DNA of 41,984 nucleotides from the NCBI GenBank assembly GCA_043745805.1, contig JAYTSD010000009.1, positions 1 to 41,984 of the forward strand, read 5' to 3'. Shown here one piece after another: positions 21,887 to 32,167 of the stretch. The notes under the pieces were generated by a model. The model saw only the letters and a program-made list of their open reading frames with translations. It was not told the origin of the DNA and searched no databases. Position numbers and translations under genes: made by a program. The DNA is from Fibrobacteria bacterium. Its GTDB lineage: Bacteria; Fibrobacterota; Fibrobacteria; UBA11236. Every line of letters begins with the position of its first letter. Position 1 is the first letter of the stretch.

Positions 21887-21932
21887 AAAGTTTTTTTTTC
21901 GAATCGATGGGTGTTAGTGATTTATTAAGCGA

Positions 21933-22841
21933 TTAATTTGCAAAAGTTAAATTTAAATCCGCAGCAGTAGCATTCAGGGTTACTTGTGATTTATCTTTTC
22001 CACCAGGTATCACGGATGTTACTTCGGGGCGGCGTAGGCACCAAGCCAAAGCCCATTGCGCCATATTGATGCCTTCGGGAACTTCATGCCTTTTGATTTC
22101 AGCAACACTTTGTAAACGCGCAATGGTTTTTTCTTTATCATGAGAGGAGCGTACATCATCATTTCCAAACTGTGCGCCGGGCGCATATTTGCCGCTTAAA
22201 TATCCACTGGCCAAAGGCACACGCGCTAATACACCCAATTGAGATTTTATACAAGCGGGCAAAATATGACTCTCCGGTAATTGATCTAATCGATTATAAA
22301 CTACTTGAATAGCTTGAATTCCGTATTGCGAAGCGGCCTCTACCTGTTTGATGGGATCTTCTAGTCGACTCACCGAAGCACCGAGATGGCGGATTTTTCC
22401 GGCCTGCACTTGCTGATTTAAATAAGCCCATAAATCCTCTTGGAAAAAGAATTCATCACCAGAAGAATGAAATTGATACAGGTCGATATAATCCGTTTGT
22501 AAAGCTCTTAAAGAGTCGTCTAATTGTTTGGCTACTTCATTTTTGGCGAAGGCGAATTTTCGATCATTATGTTTTTCAAAATGATGGCCAAATTTTGTGG
22601 CAATAATCCACTTTTCTCTTTCGCCTTTAATGGCCTGTCCAATTAAGCGTTCGGAAAGATGATCAGGTCCATAGCATTCCGCCGTGTCTAGTAGATTGAT
22701 ACCTAAATTTTGGGCATGTTTTAAAATGCTTTCAGTTTCGGATGGCGAAAAGGATTTCCCCCATTCACCACCAAACTGCCAAGTTCCCAGACCAATAACT
22801 GAAACCTTGAGGCCAGTTTTGCCAAGCACTCGATACTTCAT
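21933..22841 (-). CDS. Aldo/keto reductase
   Basis: LGKTGLKVS.IGLGTW, DTAECYG, IATKFG, DYIDLYQFH, PLASGYL. Confidence 0.93.
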   Translation of the reverse strand: MKYRVLGKTGLKVSVIGLGTWQFGGEWGKSFSPSETESILKHAQNLGINLLDTAECYGPDHLSERLIGQAIKGEREKWIIATKFGHHFEKHNDRKFAFAKNEVAKQLDDSLRALQTDYIDLYQFHSSGDEFFFQEDLWAYLNQQVQAGKIRHLGASVSRLEDPIKQVEAASQYGIQAIQVVYNRLDQLPESHILPACIKSQLGVLARVPLASGYLSGKYAPGAQFGNDDVRSSHDKEKTIARLQSVAEIKRHEVPEGINMAQWALAWCLRRPEVTSVIPGGKDKSQVTLNATAADLNLTFAN

Positions 22842-23016
22842 GCCTTCCTTCCCTCATCACTCACCTTTTTAAGGGTGTAAAGCAAATCTATCTCAAAATC
22901 AATCGGCATCTATCAGCTAATATTGCCGCAAAAAAACTTTGAACAAATTAAAATTTAAATTCATAGATACAAACCAAAAACGGCTTTATCAGTGGTTTAA
23001 TGATTTGGAAGAAAAT

Positions 23017-24480
23017 ATGAATGAAATCCTACTTATTCGGGTGAAAGCCCTAACTCCCACGAAATGGGTTTTAGTTTTGGCACTATTGTGTTTATTTGGG
23101 TGCAAACAGGATTTAGAAGAGCGTAAAACGACTGGTTTTCAACAAATTTTTGCGGATGTTGCCGAAAAAACCGTTCCGGCAGTGGTGAGTATTTATAGTG
23201 AAAAAAATCTCAGCACTTTTGCAGGAGAAGAGGGACGCGCCTCGGAAGAAAATAATTATGCAAACCCTTACGATTACTTTTTTGGAGGTAAAAAAGTAAA
23301 TCCTAAATTGCCTCGCCAAAAGCAAACCGGTATGGGGTCGGGTGTTATTATCAATCCTAATGGAACCATATTGACTAATAATCATGTGATAGAAGATGCC
23401 GATTTAATCAAAGTTAGGCTCGCTAATGACAAAGAGTATATTGCCAAAATTGTGGGAACCGATAAGCTTGCCGATGTAGCGGTGATTAAACTAATGGATG
23501 CGCAAAGTAATTTGCCGATTATCCCTTTGGGAAATTCGGATTTGTTACGCATTGGGGAATGGGTGGTTGCCGTAGGAAACCCGTATGGATTATCTCAAAC
23601 GGTGACTACCGGAATTATTTCTGCCAAAGGTCGCAAGAATACAGGGATTAATAGCTATGAAAATTTTTTACAAACAGATGCCGCCATAAATCCGGGAAAT
23701 TCCGGCGGAGCCTTGGTGAATTTGCAGGGAGAATTAATTGGCATTAATACCGCCATTTATTCTCGTAGCGGAGGCTATCAAGGGATTGGGTTTGCAATAC
23801 CCATTAATATGGCAAAAAAAATTATGGAGGATTTAATTCGTGATGGTGAGGTAACACGGGGGTGGCTGGGTGTTTCTATTCAATCGGTGGAGAAAGAATT
23901 AGCCGAAGCGCTTAATTTGCAAGAACATAATGGCGCCTTAGTCAATGGCGTAGTTGCTAATGGCCCGGCTGCTAATGCGGGTATTAAATCGGGAGATGTG
24001 ATTGTAAAAATTGATAACGAAGTGATTGACGATGCTAGTGATTTATTAAATCGAGTGGCGTTATTGAATCCAAATTCCTATGCGGCTATTCTGGTAAATC
24101 GCGAAGGCAAAAAAATAAATTTCAAAATCAAAATCGCCAAACGCGATGATAAAAAAATACAAGTGGCCGCGCGGGATGAACAAGAGCAAGCTGTACAATT
24201 AAATAAGGTGGGCTTACATGTGAAACCACTCTCCTCGGAAATACGCAATCAGTATAGTTTGGAAAAAAGTGTGACCGTCGGTGTAGCTATTTTGTCAGTA
24301 GATGCAGGTAGTCGGGCTGCAGAAGCAGGATTGCAAGAAGGGGACGTGGTACAAGAAATTAATCGGGTTAAAATCTATTCGCTTACTGATTTTAATTCGG
24401 CCTTATCCTCCACACGCAAAGGCAATAAAATCCTTCTCCTCATTTACCGCGCCAAGCGGACATTTTATACGACACTGTAA
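23017..24480 (+). CDS. degP: DegP/HtrA (Do) serine protease with two PDZ domains
   Basis: GSGVI, TNNHVI, QTDAAINPGNSGG, RGWLGV. Lipobox-like LFGC. Start uncertain (23017 or slightly downstream). Confidence 0.93.
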   Translation: MNEILLIRVKALTPTKWVLVLALLCLFGCKQDLEERKTTGFQQIFADVAEKTVPAVVSIYSEKNLSTFAGEEGRASEENNYANPYDYFFGGKKVNPKLPRQKQTGMGSGVIINPNGTILTNNHVIEDADLIKVRLANDKEYIAKIVGTDKLADVAVIKLMDAQSNLPIIPLGNSDLLRIGEWVVAVGNPYGLSQTVTTGIISAKGRKNTGINSYENFLQTDAAINPGNSGGALVNLQGELIGINTAIYSRSGGYQGIGFAIPINMAKKIMEDLIRDGEVTRGWLGVSIQSVEKELAEALNLQEHNGALVNGVVANGPAANAGIKSGDVIVKIDNEVIDDASDLLNRVALLNPNSYAAILVNREGKKINFKIKIAKRDDKKIQVAARDEQEQAVQLNKVGLHVKPLSSEIRNQYSLEKSVTVGVAILSVDAGSRAAEAGLQEGDVVQEINRVKIYSLTDFNSALSSTRKGNKILLLIYRAKRTFYTTL

Positions 24481-24580
24481 GTGCCATAAGCCCATACGAT
24501 GATTAGCACCAAGGTTGAAATACAAATTATTTTTTATTCATTGCTGGTAATTTTGGTTTTGTTTAAAGTAGAATATCGGA

Positions 24581-24994
24581 ATGAGCAGTAACCAAGGCGT
24601 TTCCTGGACCGAGGATCAAATTATTTCCTTTCCCAATGGCTTGCCTGGCTTTGAGGAATACAAACGCTTTATCATAAGTTCTTTACCCGAGCATCAGCCT
24701 TTTCACTGGATGGAATGTGTCGATCATAAAGCGCGATTTGCTATTATTAATCCTTTGCTTTTTAAGGCAGATTATCAACCCAAACTGAAAAAAGAAGATT
24801 TAACGAGTTTAAATATTCAAGATCCAAAAGAACTTTTACTGTATGTGATTGTGACCATGCGCGATCCTTTACCCAGTAGCACTGCTAATTTATTAGGACC
24901 CTTATTCATAAATATTCGCGAGCGCATTGGAAAACAAATTTTACTGGATGATGCACAATACACTCATCGTGAACGGATTATTGCGGAATGTTAA
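24581..24994 (+). CDS. fliW: FliW (CsrA antagonist)
   Basis: FPNGLPGFE, PF.WM, TANLLGPL.IN...GKQ. Overlaps csrA. Confidence 0.92.
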   Translation: MSSNQGVSWTEDQIISFPNGLPGFEEYKRFIISSLPEHQPFHWMECVDHKARFAIINPLLFKADYQPKLKKEDLTSLNIQDPKELLLYVIVTMRDPLPSSTANLLGPLFINIRERIGKQILLDDAQYTHRERIIAEC

Positions 24995-25236
24995 TCCTGA
25001 CCCGTAAAATAGGTGAAAGCATTCGGATTAATGAAAATATCAGTATTTGCATTATGGATATTGACGGACGTAACATTAAAATCGGCATTGATGCTCCGAA
25101 GCAAGTTTCAATTTACCGCGAAGAAATTTATTTGAAAATTAAAGAAGAAAATCAGAATGCCGCGCAAGCCATGGAAAATCGTGCAAAGGATTTGGGATCT
25201 ATCGCGAATATGTTTAACAAAAAAGATCCAGAATAA
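24988..25236 (+). CDS. csrA: Carbon storage regulator CsrA
   Basis: MLILTRKIGESIRI...IGIDAPKQVSIYREEIY with the C-terminal extension seen in FliW-regulated CsrA. Confidence 0.96.
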   Translation: MLILTRKIGESIRINENISICIMDIDGRNIKIGIDAPKQVSIYREEIYLKIKEENQNAAQAMENRAKDLGSIANMFNKKDPE

Positions 25237-25307
25237 AAAAACCAAGCTTTTGCTTGGCCGCCTCTCAAAAAATCGTTAATTATTCTTTGGGTAAATTGCT
25301 ACGAAAA

Positions 25308-25748
25308 TTATTTTCCGGTATATACTAGTTTTTTCGTGAATTCTTCTTTACCTACGCGTAAAGACAGATAAATAAAACCGGGTTGTAAGCCTTGTAGCGG
25401 AAGTATTTCGATTTGACGCTGTGATTCCATATGGTAAATTATTTGGCCGCGAGCATTATACAGTGTAATGTTCGCAGGCTTTTGCAAATAAATACGAATA
25501 AAGCTTTGCGAAATGGATACTTCACCGATAGGATTGGCAATCTTTGGAGATTCACTCGCATCCGTTTTTTGCATCACAATAGAGTGAGCTTCTGAAACGG
25601 CTTCCATTTTTTCCACTTTAATATGTGGCGCATTGTTTATGCTAATATTTTTTGTTCCGGCTTTAATTGAGTCCGCAGAAATGGCACAAACTTGGGAAAA
25701 ACCCAAGAGCCCTGCAAAACCCAAAATGTAAAAATCAGAACGTTTCAT
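25308..25748 (-). CDS. Small secreted protein consisting mostly of a T9SS-like C-terminal domain
   Basis: Signal peptide; ITLYNARGQII...LQPGFIYL...TKKLV. Confidence 0.6.
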   Translation of the reverse strand: MKRSDFYILGFAGLLGFSQVCAISADSIKAGTKNISINNAPHIKVEKMEAVSEAHSIVMQKTDASESPKIANPIGEVSISQSFIRIYLQKPANITLYNARGQIIYHMESQRQIEILPLQGLQPGFIYLSLRVGKEEFTKKLVYTGK

Positions 25749-25849
25749 ATTCTAATTATGCATTATTTTTTTCGAAAAACCTAGACTTTTATCCAATGCC
25801 TTTGTAGGAAATTTGGGCGGAATAGCTTTTTAGCGCTAAAAAAAGGGAT

Positions 25850-26593
25850 TTAGGGGGTGGAAAATATTTTAGTAATCTCCGCGACACAATTTTGAGCAAA
25901 AAATGAAAAATCATGTTCGCCTTCTGGATAATAAAACAATTTCATTTGAGGATTCGTTTGCTCCCATTTTTTTAGCAATGGCACAACTTCTTGTGCTGGA
26001 AAAAGTCGATCTTTTCCGCCTTGAAAAAAATACCATTTTCCTTTGGCAAACATTTTTTGTTCGGGCTGATTTAAACCCTCGAGAGCGATTTGAGGGTAAC
26101 TGGAAAAAAGTACTAAGCGCGAGGGGGAATATTTTCCGAAGAGACTATAACGAATAACGCCTAAACTTCCATCGGATACGCCTACCAAATTCACATTATG
26201 CGCATCGATGGGATATTTTTTAAGCATATATGTAATGCATTGATCAATATGTTGTAGGCTTTGCTCGGTAAGCCAATCTACTCCAGCAAAAGCGGAAGGG
26301 CTGGCCAAATAAAAATTGGCTTTAGGTAAAAAACCAATCAGTGCCTTATGGGCCTCTAGGCCTTTGTCTTGGCGCTTGCTACGCATGCCTCCATGTAACC
26401 AAATGATAAGACCATATTTTTTTTTTGTAACATTTCTAGGAATACTTATTCCGCAAAGATTACTGTCGGGCCCTAATCGAATTGAGGAGGGTGTGTATTT
26501 GGGTGTTACCTCATTATTTCCATCCAAAACCTTTGCAGAAAATACTTGGGCTACTATTAATGCATAAAGCAAACATATTTTTAACATAGGCAA
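25850..26593 (-). CDS. Secreted alpha/beta hydrolase (esterase-like)
   Basis: WLHGG, GVSDG nucleophile elbow, GGKD, GEH. Confidence 0.82.
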   Translation of the reverse strand: MPMLKICLLYALIVAQVFSAKVLDGNNEVTPKYTPSSIRLGPDSNLCGISIPRNVTKKKYGLIIWLHGGMRSKRQDKGLEAHKALIGFLPKANFYLASPSAFAGVDWLTEQSLQHIDQCITYMLKKYPIDAHNVNLVGVSDGSLGVIRYSLFGKYSPSRLVLFSSYPQIALEGLNQPEQKMFAKGKWYFFQGGKDRLFPAQEVVPLLKKWEQTNPQMKLFYYPEGEHDFSFFAQNCVAEITKIFSTP

Positions 26594-26788
26594 AAAGTAA
26601 TTTTTTTAGGGAGGGTAATTTGTGATTTTCATGGCACTGGCGAAAAAGTGATTTTTCGCGCAAAGAAAAATTTAAATACCCTAGCTTGGTTAAAAAATAT
26701 GTTGGAAAATAAACAAAAGATTCTCCAATAATGGGCAATGATTTTTAGACATTTGGTTTAGATTGACTAGAGTTTCGAATCGGGGGTT

Positions 26789-28444
26789 ATGATGGTGGCG
26801 ACTAAATTTGCAAAACAATCGACGAATGCAGCTGCAAATCAAGTTTTGCCTAAGCGTGCGGCTATCAGTGCAGGACTTGAGTCTTACACGGGCGCTTGGG
26901 GAGCGGATCAGGCTTCACATTTATTGCGACGTGCTTTATTTGGTTTTAAAAAAACAGATTTAACCAATGCTTTAAATCAAAATATTGGTAATTGTGTGGA
27001 TGCCTTATTGACCTTTACCGATGTGCCACCAACGCCTCCTTTAGCGACCGATATAAAAGAAACCCAGGTAGCCATAGGCCAAACTTGGGTAACGGCACCC
27101 TATGATGGAGCAATAAATTTTTTACGCACGCAATCCTTACGATCTTGGTGGCTGGGATTGTTACTAAATCAAGATTTTTCGCTTCGAGAAAAAATGACTT
27201 TATTTTGGCATAATCATTTCCCTTCGGATGGTGGCACCGTAACCGATGCGCGTTACCTTTATAAACAAAATGCTTTGTTCCGCAAAAATGCCGTAGGTAA
27301 CTTTAAAAACCTAGTTAAGGAAATCACTTTAGATCCTGCTATGTTGGTCTATTTGAATGGAAATCGGAATACAAAATCAAGTCCCAATGAAAATTTAGGC
27401 CGAGAGATACAAGAGCTTTTCACTATTGGAAAAGGACTAGAAGTTGAAGCGGGCAATTACACAACTTATACCGAAGCCGACGTAAAGGCTGCCGCCCGAG
27501 TGTTAACCGGATACAAAGATGATAGGGTCACGATATCCTATACCTTTACAGATAAAAATCATGATCAAACCGCAAAAGTTTTTTCTGCTGCCTATGGGGA
27601 TGCAGTTGTGGCTGGTCGCCTTGCAACGGATGGCATTAACGAAATAGATGATTTATTGAATATTATTTTTGCCCAAAAAGCTACCGCGAAATATATTTGC
27701 CGAAAAATCTATCGCTATTTCGTCTATTATGTAATTGATGCCACAACTGAAAATAATGTTATTTCTCCCATGGCTGATTTGCTCATAGCAAATCAATTTG
27801 AAATTAAACCGGTGCTTGCAGTCTTGTTCAAGAGCGCCCATTTTTATGATAGTTTAAATATGGGTTGTTTTATTAAAACCCCACTCGACATTGTCATTGG
27901 ATCACTACGTAGCTTTAATGTTACCTTGCCCGGAACAGCTGTGTTGGCGACGGAATATGGTGTTTATAATTCCGTATCTAATTTAAGCACGGCTATGCAG
28001 CAAGAATTATTTGAACCGCCTAATGTGGCTGGTTGGCCAGCTTATTATCAAGATCCAGTATTTTACGAAGCATGGTTGAATGCCGATACTTTACCCAAGC
28101 GTATGCAATATACCGACACTTTAGCGAAAGCGACGGGCTATAAGTTTTCTAATTTTGTGCTAAGTATTGACCCATTTGCCCTAGCTTTAAGCACATCCAA
28201 GCCGAGTGATATAAACATTTTATTGCAAGAATTAATGACTAAACTTTATCCCATTGCTTTAGGGGATGTACAAAAAGCCTCCTTAAAAGAAAGTCTATCG
28301 CAAGGCCTTCCTGATTATACTTGGGCGCAACAATGGCAAGCTTATATAGACAGTCCAATTGCCGCCAATAAAACCCCAGTAGAAACGCGTTTGCGGACTT
28401 TACTGAAAGCGATGATGAATATGGCGGAGTATCAACTATGTTAA
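26789..28444 (+). CDS. DUF1800 family protein
   Basis: HLLRRALFG, LREKMTLFWHNHF, PNENLGREIQELFTIG, PPNVAGW. Confidence 0.92.
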   Translation: MMVATKFAKQSTNAAANQVLPKRAAISAGLESYTGAWGADQASHLLRRALFGFKKTDLTNALNQNIGNCVDALLTFTDVPPTPPLATDIKETQVAIGQTWVTAPYDGAINFLRTQSLRSWWLGLLLNQDFSLREKMTLFWHNHFPSDGGTVTDARYLYKQNALFRKNAVGNFKNLVKEITLDPAMLVYLNGNRNTKSSPNENLGREIQELFTIGKGLEVEAGNYTTYTEADVKAAARVLTGYKDDRVTISYTFTDKNHDQTAKVFSAAYGDAVVAGRLATDGINEIDDLLNIIFAQKATAKYICRKIYRYFVYYVIDATTENNVISPMADLLIANQFEIKPVLAVLFKSAHFYDSLNMGCFIKTPLDIVIGSLRSFNVTLPGTAVLATEYGVYNSVSNLSTAMQQELFEPPNVAGWPAYYQDPVFYEAWLNADTLPKRMQYTDTLAKATGYKFSNFVLSIDPFALALSTSKPSDINILLQELMTKLYPIALGDVQKASLKESLSQGLPDYTWAQQWQAYIDSPIAANKTPVETRLRTLLKAMMNMAEYQLC

Positions 28445-28489
28445 TTCGAACAAAGTCTAGTTTAGAATTTGCAAAGCTAGGAGTGCATC

Positions 28490-30058
28490 ATGGATAGAAG
28501 ACGATTTTTAAAATCAGGACTACCCATGGCGGCTTTTCCGCTCTTGTCCCATAAATTAAATGCAGCCACGCTATCCGCTCTGTCGCCTTTTGGAGGTTTG
28601 GAAGCTACGGCTCAGAGTGATAATATTGTAGTTATCATTCGCCTTGATGGAGGTAATGATGGGTTAAATACCGTTATTCCTTTGGATCAATATGATAACT
28701 TGGCTAAGGCCCGTGCCAATATTTTAATTCCCGGCGCTAAGGTTTTAAAGTTGAATGATAAAACCGGCTTGCACCCTGCCATGACAGGAATGCAGAATTT
28801 ATTCAAAGATGGGAAGTTATCGATTATTCAAAATGTGGGTTACCCCAGTCATAATCAAAGTCATTTTCGCTCTACCGATATTTGGTTTACAGGATCTGAT
28901 TATAATCAAATTTTAAATACCGGATGGCTAGGCCGTTATTTAGATCAAAAGTATCCAGGTTACCCTAACGGTTACCCCAATGCTAATTTTCCGGATCCAC
29001 CTTCCATTCAAATTGGCTCGGTATTATCAACTTTATTACAAGGCTCGGTGGCACCAAATGGAATGACCATCACCAATCCTAATTCTTTCTACACCTTAGT
29101 AAGTGGCAATGTGGATGCTGCGCCAGCAACTCCAGCTGGACATGAATTAACCTTTGTGCGTCGCATGATAGATCAAACACAACAGTATGCCACCACCATT
29201 AAAACGGCTGCAGGGAAAGTGGTAAACAAAAGTACCCTATACGATGACAAAAATTCTTTATCTAAACAGTTAAAAATCGTCGCCAATTTAATTGGGGGCG
29301 GATTAAAAACTAAAGTGTATGTGGTGTCTATGGGTGGCTTTGATACGCATTCCGCTCAAGTGGATGAAGCCGATATTACTCTTGGCAAACATGCTCAACT
29401 TTTAGGTTATTTGTCGTCAGCTATTGAAGCTTTTATGGATGATCTCAAGTTACTGGGTGTTAATGATAGAGTCTTGGGTTTAACGATTTCAGAATTTGGA
29501 CGCCGCATTCAAAGCAATGCTTCTTTTGGAACCGATCATGGCACTTCGGCCCCGCATTTTGTTTTTGGAAACAATGCTATAGGGGGTATTATTGGCAGTA
29601 GCCCAGTGATTAAACCTACCATAACCGTAAACGACAATGTGGCCATGCAAAATGATTATCGCTCCATTTATTCCACCATATTAAAGGATTGGTTAGGCGC
29701 CGATACTGCTTTACTGCAACAAACTTTACTTAAAGACTTCCCAACCCTTCCCATTATTGGGCCAGCAGGCATTCATAAAGCGGATAAAGGTTTGCCGGAT
29801 TTTACTTTGGAGCAAAATTTCCCCAATCCAGCGCGTGGTTACACCTCCATTCGCTATGCGGTACCTCATAACTCGCAAGTTACTTTACAAATTTTTGATT
29901 TGCGCGGCCAACTCATACAAACCTTATTTCAAGGTCCACAGGAGGCAGGGATTAAAACCTATAGTTTAGATGTCACTAAATTTAATCCTGGAAGGTATGT
30001 ATATCGTTTGCAGCTGAATGACAAAGTCATGCAGCGTAGTATGGATATTGTAAACTAA
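28490..30058 (+). CDS. DUF1501 family protein with Tat signal and T9SS-like C-terminal domain
   Basis: MDRRRFLK, GGNDGLNT, SHFRS, GWLGR, GGFDTH, SEFGRR, GTDHG; C-terminal QNFPNP...IFDLRGQLI...GRYVYRL. Confidence 0.92.
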   Translation: MDRRRFLKSGLPMAAFPLLSHKLNAATLSALSPFGGLEATAQSDNIVVIIRLDGGNDGLNTVIPLDQYDNLAKARANILIPGAKVLKLNDKTGLHPAMTGMQNLFKDGKLSIIQNVGYPSHNQSHFRSTDIWFTGSDYNQILNTGWLGRYLDQKYPGYPNGYPNANFPDPPSIQIGSVLSTLLQGSVAPNGMTITNPNSFYTLVSGNVDAAPATPAGHELTFVRRMIDQTQQYATTIKTAAGKVVNKSTLYDDKNSLSKQLKIVANLIGGGLKTKVYVVSMGGFDTHSAQVDEADITLGKHAQLLGYLSSAIEAFMDDLKLLGVNDRVLGLTISEFGRRIQSNASFGTDHGTSAPHFVFGNNAIGGIIGSSPVIKPTITVNDNVAMQNDYRSIYSTILKDWLGADTALLQQTLLKDFPTLPIIGPAGIHKADKGLPDFTLEQNFPNPARGYTSIRYAVPHNSQVTLQIFDLRGQLIQTLFQGPQEAGIKTYSLDVTKFNPGRYVYRLQLNDKVMQRSMDIVN

Positions 30059-30076
30059 ATGTTTTTTTGTATTGCA

Positions 30077-30110
30077 TAAAAAAAGGGGAGCTAATGGCCC
30101 CCCTTTTTTA
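30077..30110. terminator. Bidirectional intrinsic terminator
   Basis: TAAAAAAAGGGGAGC-TAATG-GCCCCCCTTTTTTA between convergent genes. Confidence 0.8.
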
Positions 30111-30130
30111 TTTACAAGCTTTGAAGGTGT

Positions 30131-31423
30131 TTAAAACCGCATGCGCCACATGGCTTCTAATTGATGATTTAAGTCGTCATTCGCTGTGATTTTGGTAACG
30201 GGTTGTGTAAGGGAATAATCACATTGCACGCTGACATATTTATTAAAGAAATAATTCACCCCTAAGGTGTACATCATAAGGCCATCATTAGGAGAACCCT
30301 TGTCACCGAGTAATTCGCCATCCGGATCCAGTCCTTGCCATTTTAAAATCAGTTCACTGGCTCGACCTTGACTATAGTCCTCATGCCAAACTGAAGTTAA
30401 ATAGAAAGTAAAAAAGAGCGTGCTGCCACCGAGAATTTTGGAATCTTTACCTTGATGATTGTCTCCCCAAGCTAATTCGCCTAGTAGGCGTAGCTGATTG
30501 CAGAGATAATTAAAACCTAATTCATAGGCTCGATTGGAATGAAAAATAAATTGATTGGGATTAGTAGTGTCTTCTGCTGCTTTAGTGGAAAGTGAAGCTT
30601 CTAAATTTAAGTTAGTCACAGGAGACGCTGTGATGCGAATCACAATATCCTTGGCTTTAAATCCCTTATCTGTTTTTTCATAATGTTGGTCCACATAATT
30701 TTTTTCGCTTTGCTTACCATTAAAAATACCAAATTCATATCCTAGTGTATGGCCCTCTTCCATAAAGCCACCATAAACGATTAAACCCACATCTAAATAG
30801 GCGTAACCTGTAGTGTTGGCTAAGAAATTGTGATATAACTCCCCGCGTTCAATGGTGTAAAATTCTTTGGAGGATTGCAACGCTTCTTGGGAAATGGGGC
30901 GACGTAATTTACCGCCTTTAAAGCCAGCGAAGTCATTGTATTTATAAAACAAATAGGCGTCATCAATACCGGCATTGCCGCCATTAGTTTCTAAGCGTAA
31001 GGTAGTTTTAAAACCAAAATGATCATCAAACATACCGTCTAAATCAATTGCTAAGCGACGCAAGGTCAAGCTTAATTTTTTATCGGCATCGCGATCCGCA
31101 AGTATATTATGGTAGAAGCCTTTGAGTTGAAACGCGCCACCGAGATTCAATTTTTTTAAAACTTTATTGGTTACGAAAATACCTTCTGGTTTGGGCGCAG
31201 TAGTAGAATCCAGTTTTTTCATTGCCACAGAATCCATGGGAGGAGGCGTGACCCCAGTTTTGTTAGTAGTGTCGATTAGTGATTTAACCGTATCGGCTTT
31301 GGCATTGTTATCGATATTAACGCTAGGTCCTTCATGTTGAGCGCATATTCCTTGGGCCGCAATAAGGCTGGTAATTGCTAATCGTTTAGCAAAATATTTT
31401 AGATTATTTTTTAACTCAAACAT
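30131..31423 (-). CDS. Outer-membrane porin (OprO/OprP-like beta-barrel)
   Basis: Signal peptide, LRRL, IDDAYL, GIFNG, TLGVNYFF, C-terminal Phe. Confidence 0.75.
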   Translation of the reverse strand: MFELKNNLKYFAKRLAITSLIAAQGICAQHEGPSVNIDNNAKADTVKSLIDTTNKTGVTPPPMDSVAMKKLDSTTAPKPEGIFVTNKVLKKLNLGGAFQLKGFYHNILADRDADKKLSLTLRRLAIDLDGMFDDHFGFKTTLRLETNGGNAGIDDAYLFYKYNDFAGFKGGKLRRPISQEALQSSKEFYTIERGELYHNFLANTTGYAYLDVGLIVYGGFMEEGHTLGYEFGIFNGKQSEKNYVDQHYEKTDKGFKAKDIVIRITASPVTNLNLEASLSTKAAEDTTNPNQFIFHSNRAYELGFNYLCNQLRLLGELAWGDNHQGKDSKILGGSTLFFTFYLTSVWHEDYSQGRASELILKWQGLDPDGELLGDKGSPNDGLMMYTLGVNYFFNKYVSVQCDYSLTQPVTKITANDDLNHQLEAMWRMRF

Positions 31424-31448
31424 GGCGTCTCCTCTAGTTTGGAAATAA

Positions 31449-32030
31449 TTATAGCAAAGCAGAAATTTCTTTGTGATCTAATTCTCGCCATTGGCCACAA
31501 GCAAGATTTTCTAAAGTGAATGAGCCAATAGAGTAACGGATCAAACGTAAGGTGGGAAATTTCACGGCGGCTGTCATTTTACGAACCTGTCTATTGCGGC
31601 CCTCATGAATTTGCATTTCTAGCCAGGAAGTAGGAATATTTTTTCTTTGACGAATGGGAGGTTCGCGATCAGGGAGGTTAAGGTTTTTTAAAAGCTTTGC
31701 TTGGGCAGGCAAAGTTTTTTTTTCTTCAATAACGACGCCGTTTTGTAAAGCTTGCAAAGCCTTATCGTCGGGAATACCTTCGACTTGCACCCAATAGGTT
31801 TTCCATAATTTTTTTTGCGGAGTAGTAATGCGATTTTGCAAAACACCATCATTGCTTAAAAGCAACAGTCCCTCGCTATCGAGATCTAAGCGGCCACTGA
31901 CATACATTTCGGGAATAGGAAAATAGTCTTTTAGGCAAGGTCGATTTTGTGCATCGGTAAATTGGCAAAGAACGCCATAAGGTTTATGCAAAAGGAAGTA
32001 GCGGAATCTTTGCATGTCCTTGATTAACAT
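31449..32030 (-). CDS. rluE: rRNA pseudouridine synthase (RluE-like, RsuA family)
   Basis: KPYGVLCQF, GRLDLDSEGLL, KTYWVQVEG, EGRNRQVRKMTAAV.FPTLRLIR. Start may be 32015. Confidence 0.9.
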   Translation of the reverse strand: MLIKDMQRFRYFLLHKPYGVLCQFTDAQNRPCLKDYFPIPEMYVSGRLDLDSEGLLLLSNDGVLQNRITTPQKKLWKTYWVQVEGIPDDKALQALQNGVVIEEKKTLPAQAKLLKNLNLPDREPPIRQRKNIPTSWLEMQIHEGRNRQVRKMTAAVKFPTLRLIRYSIGSFTLENLACGQWRELDHKEISALL

Positions 32031-32167
32031 CCTTTTAGTCGATATTTACTCGATAAACTCCCGTCACAAAGTAGTTTTTTACGAAGACTTTTATATCCTT
32101 TTTATGCCCCTTTTATGTGAATCCGCAAGTCATAATAAAGAATAATTCGCGGGCAAATTAGGGCCAA

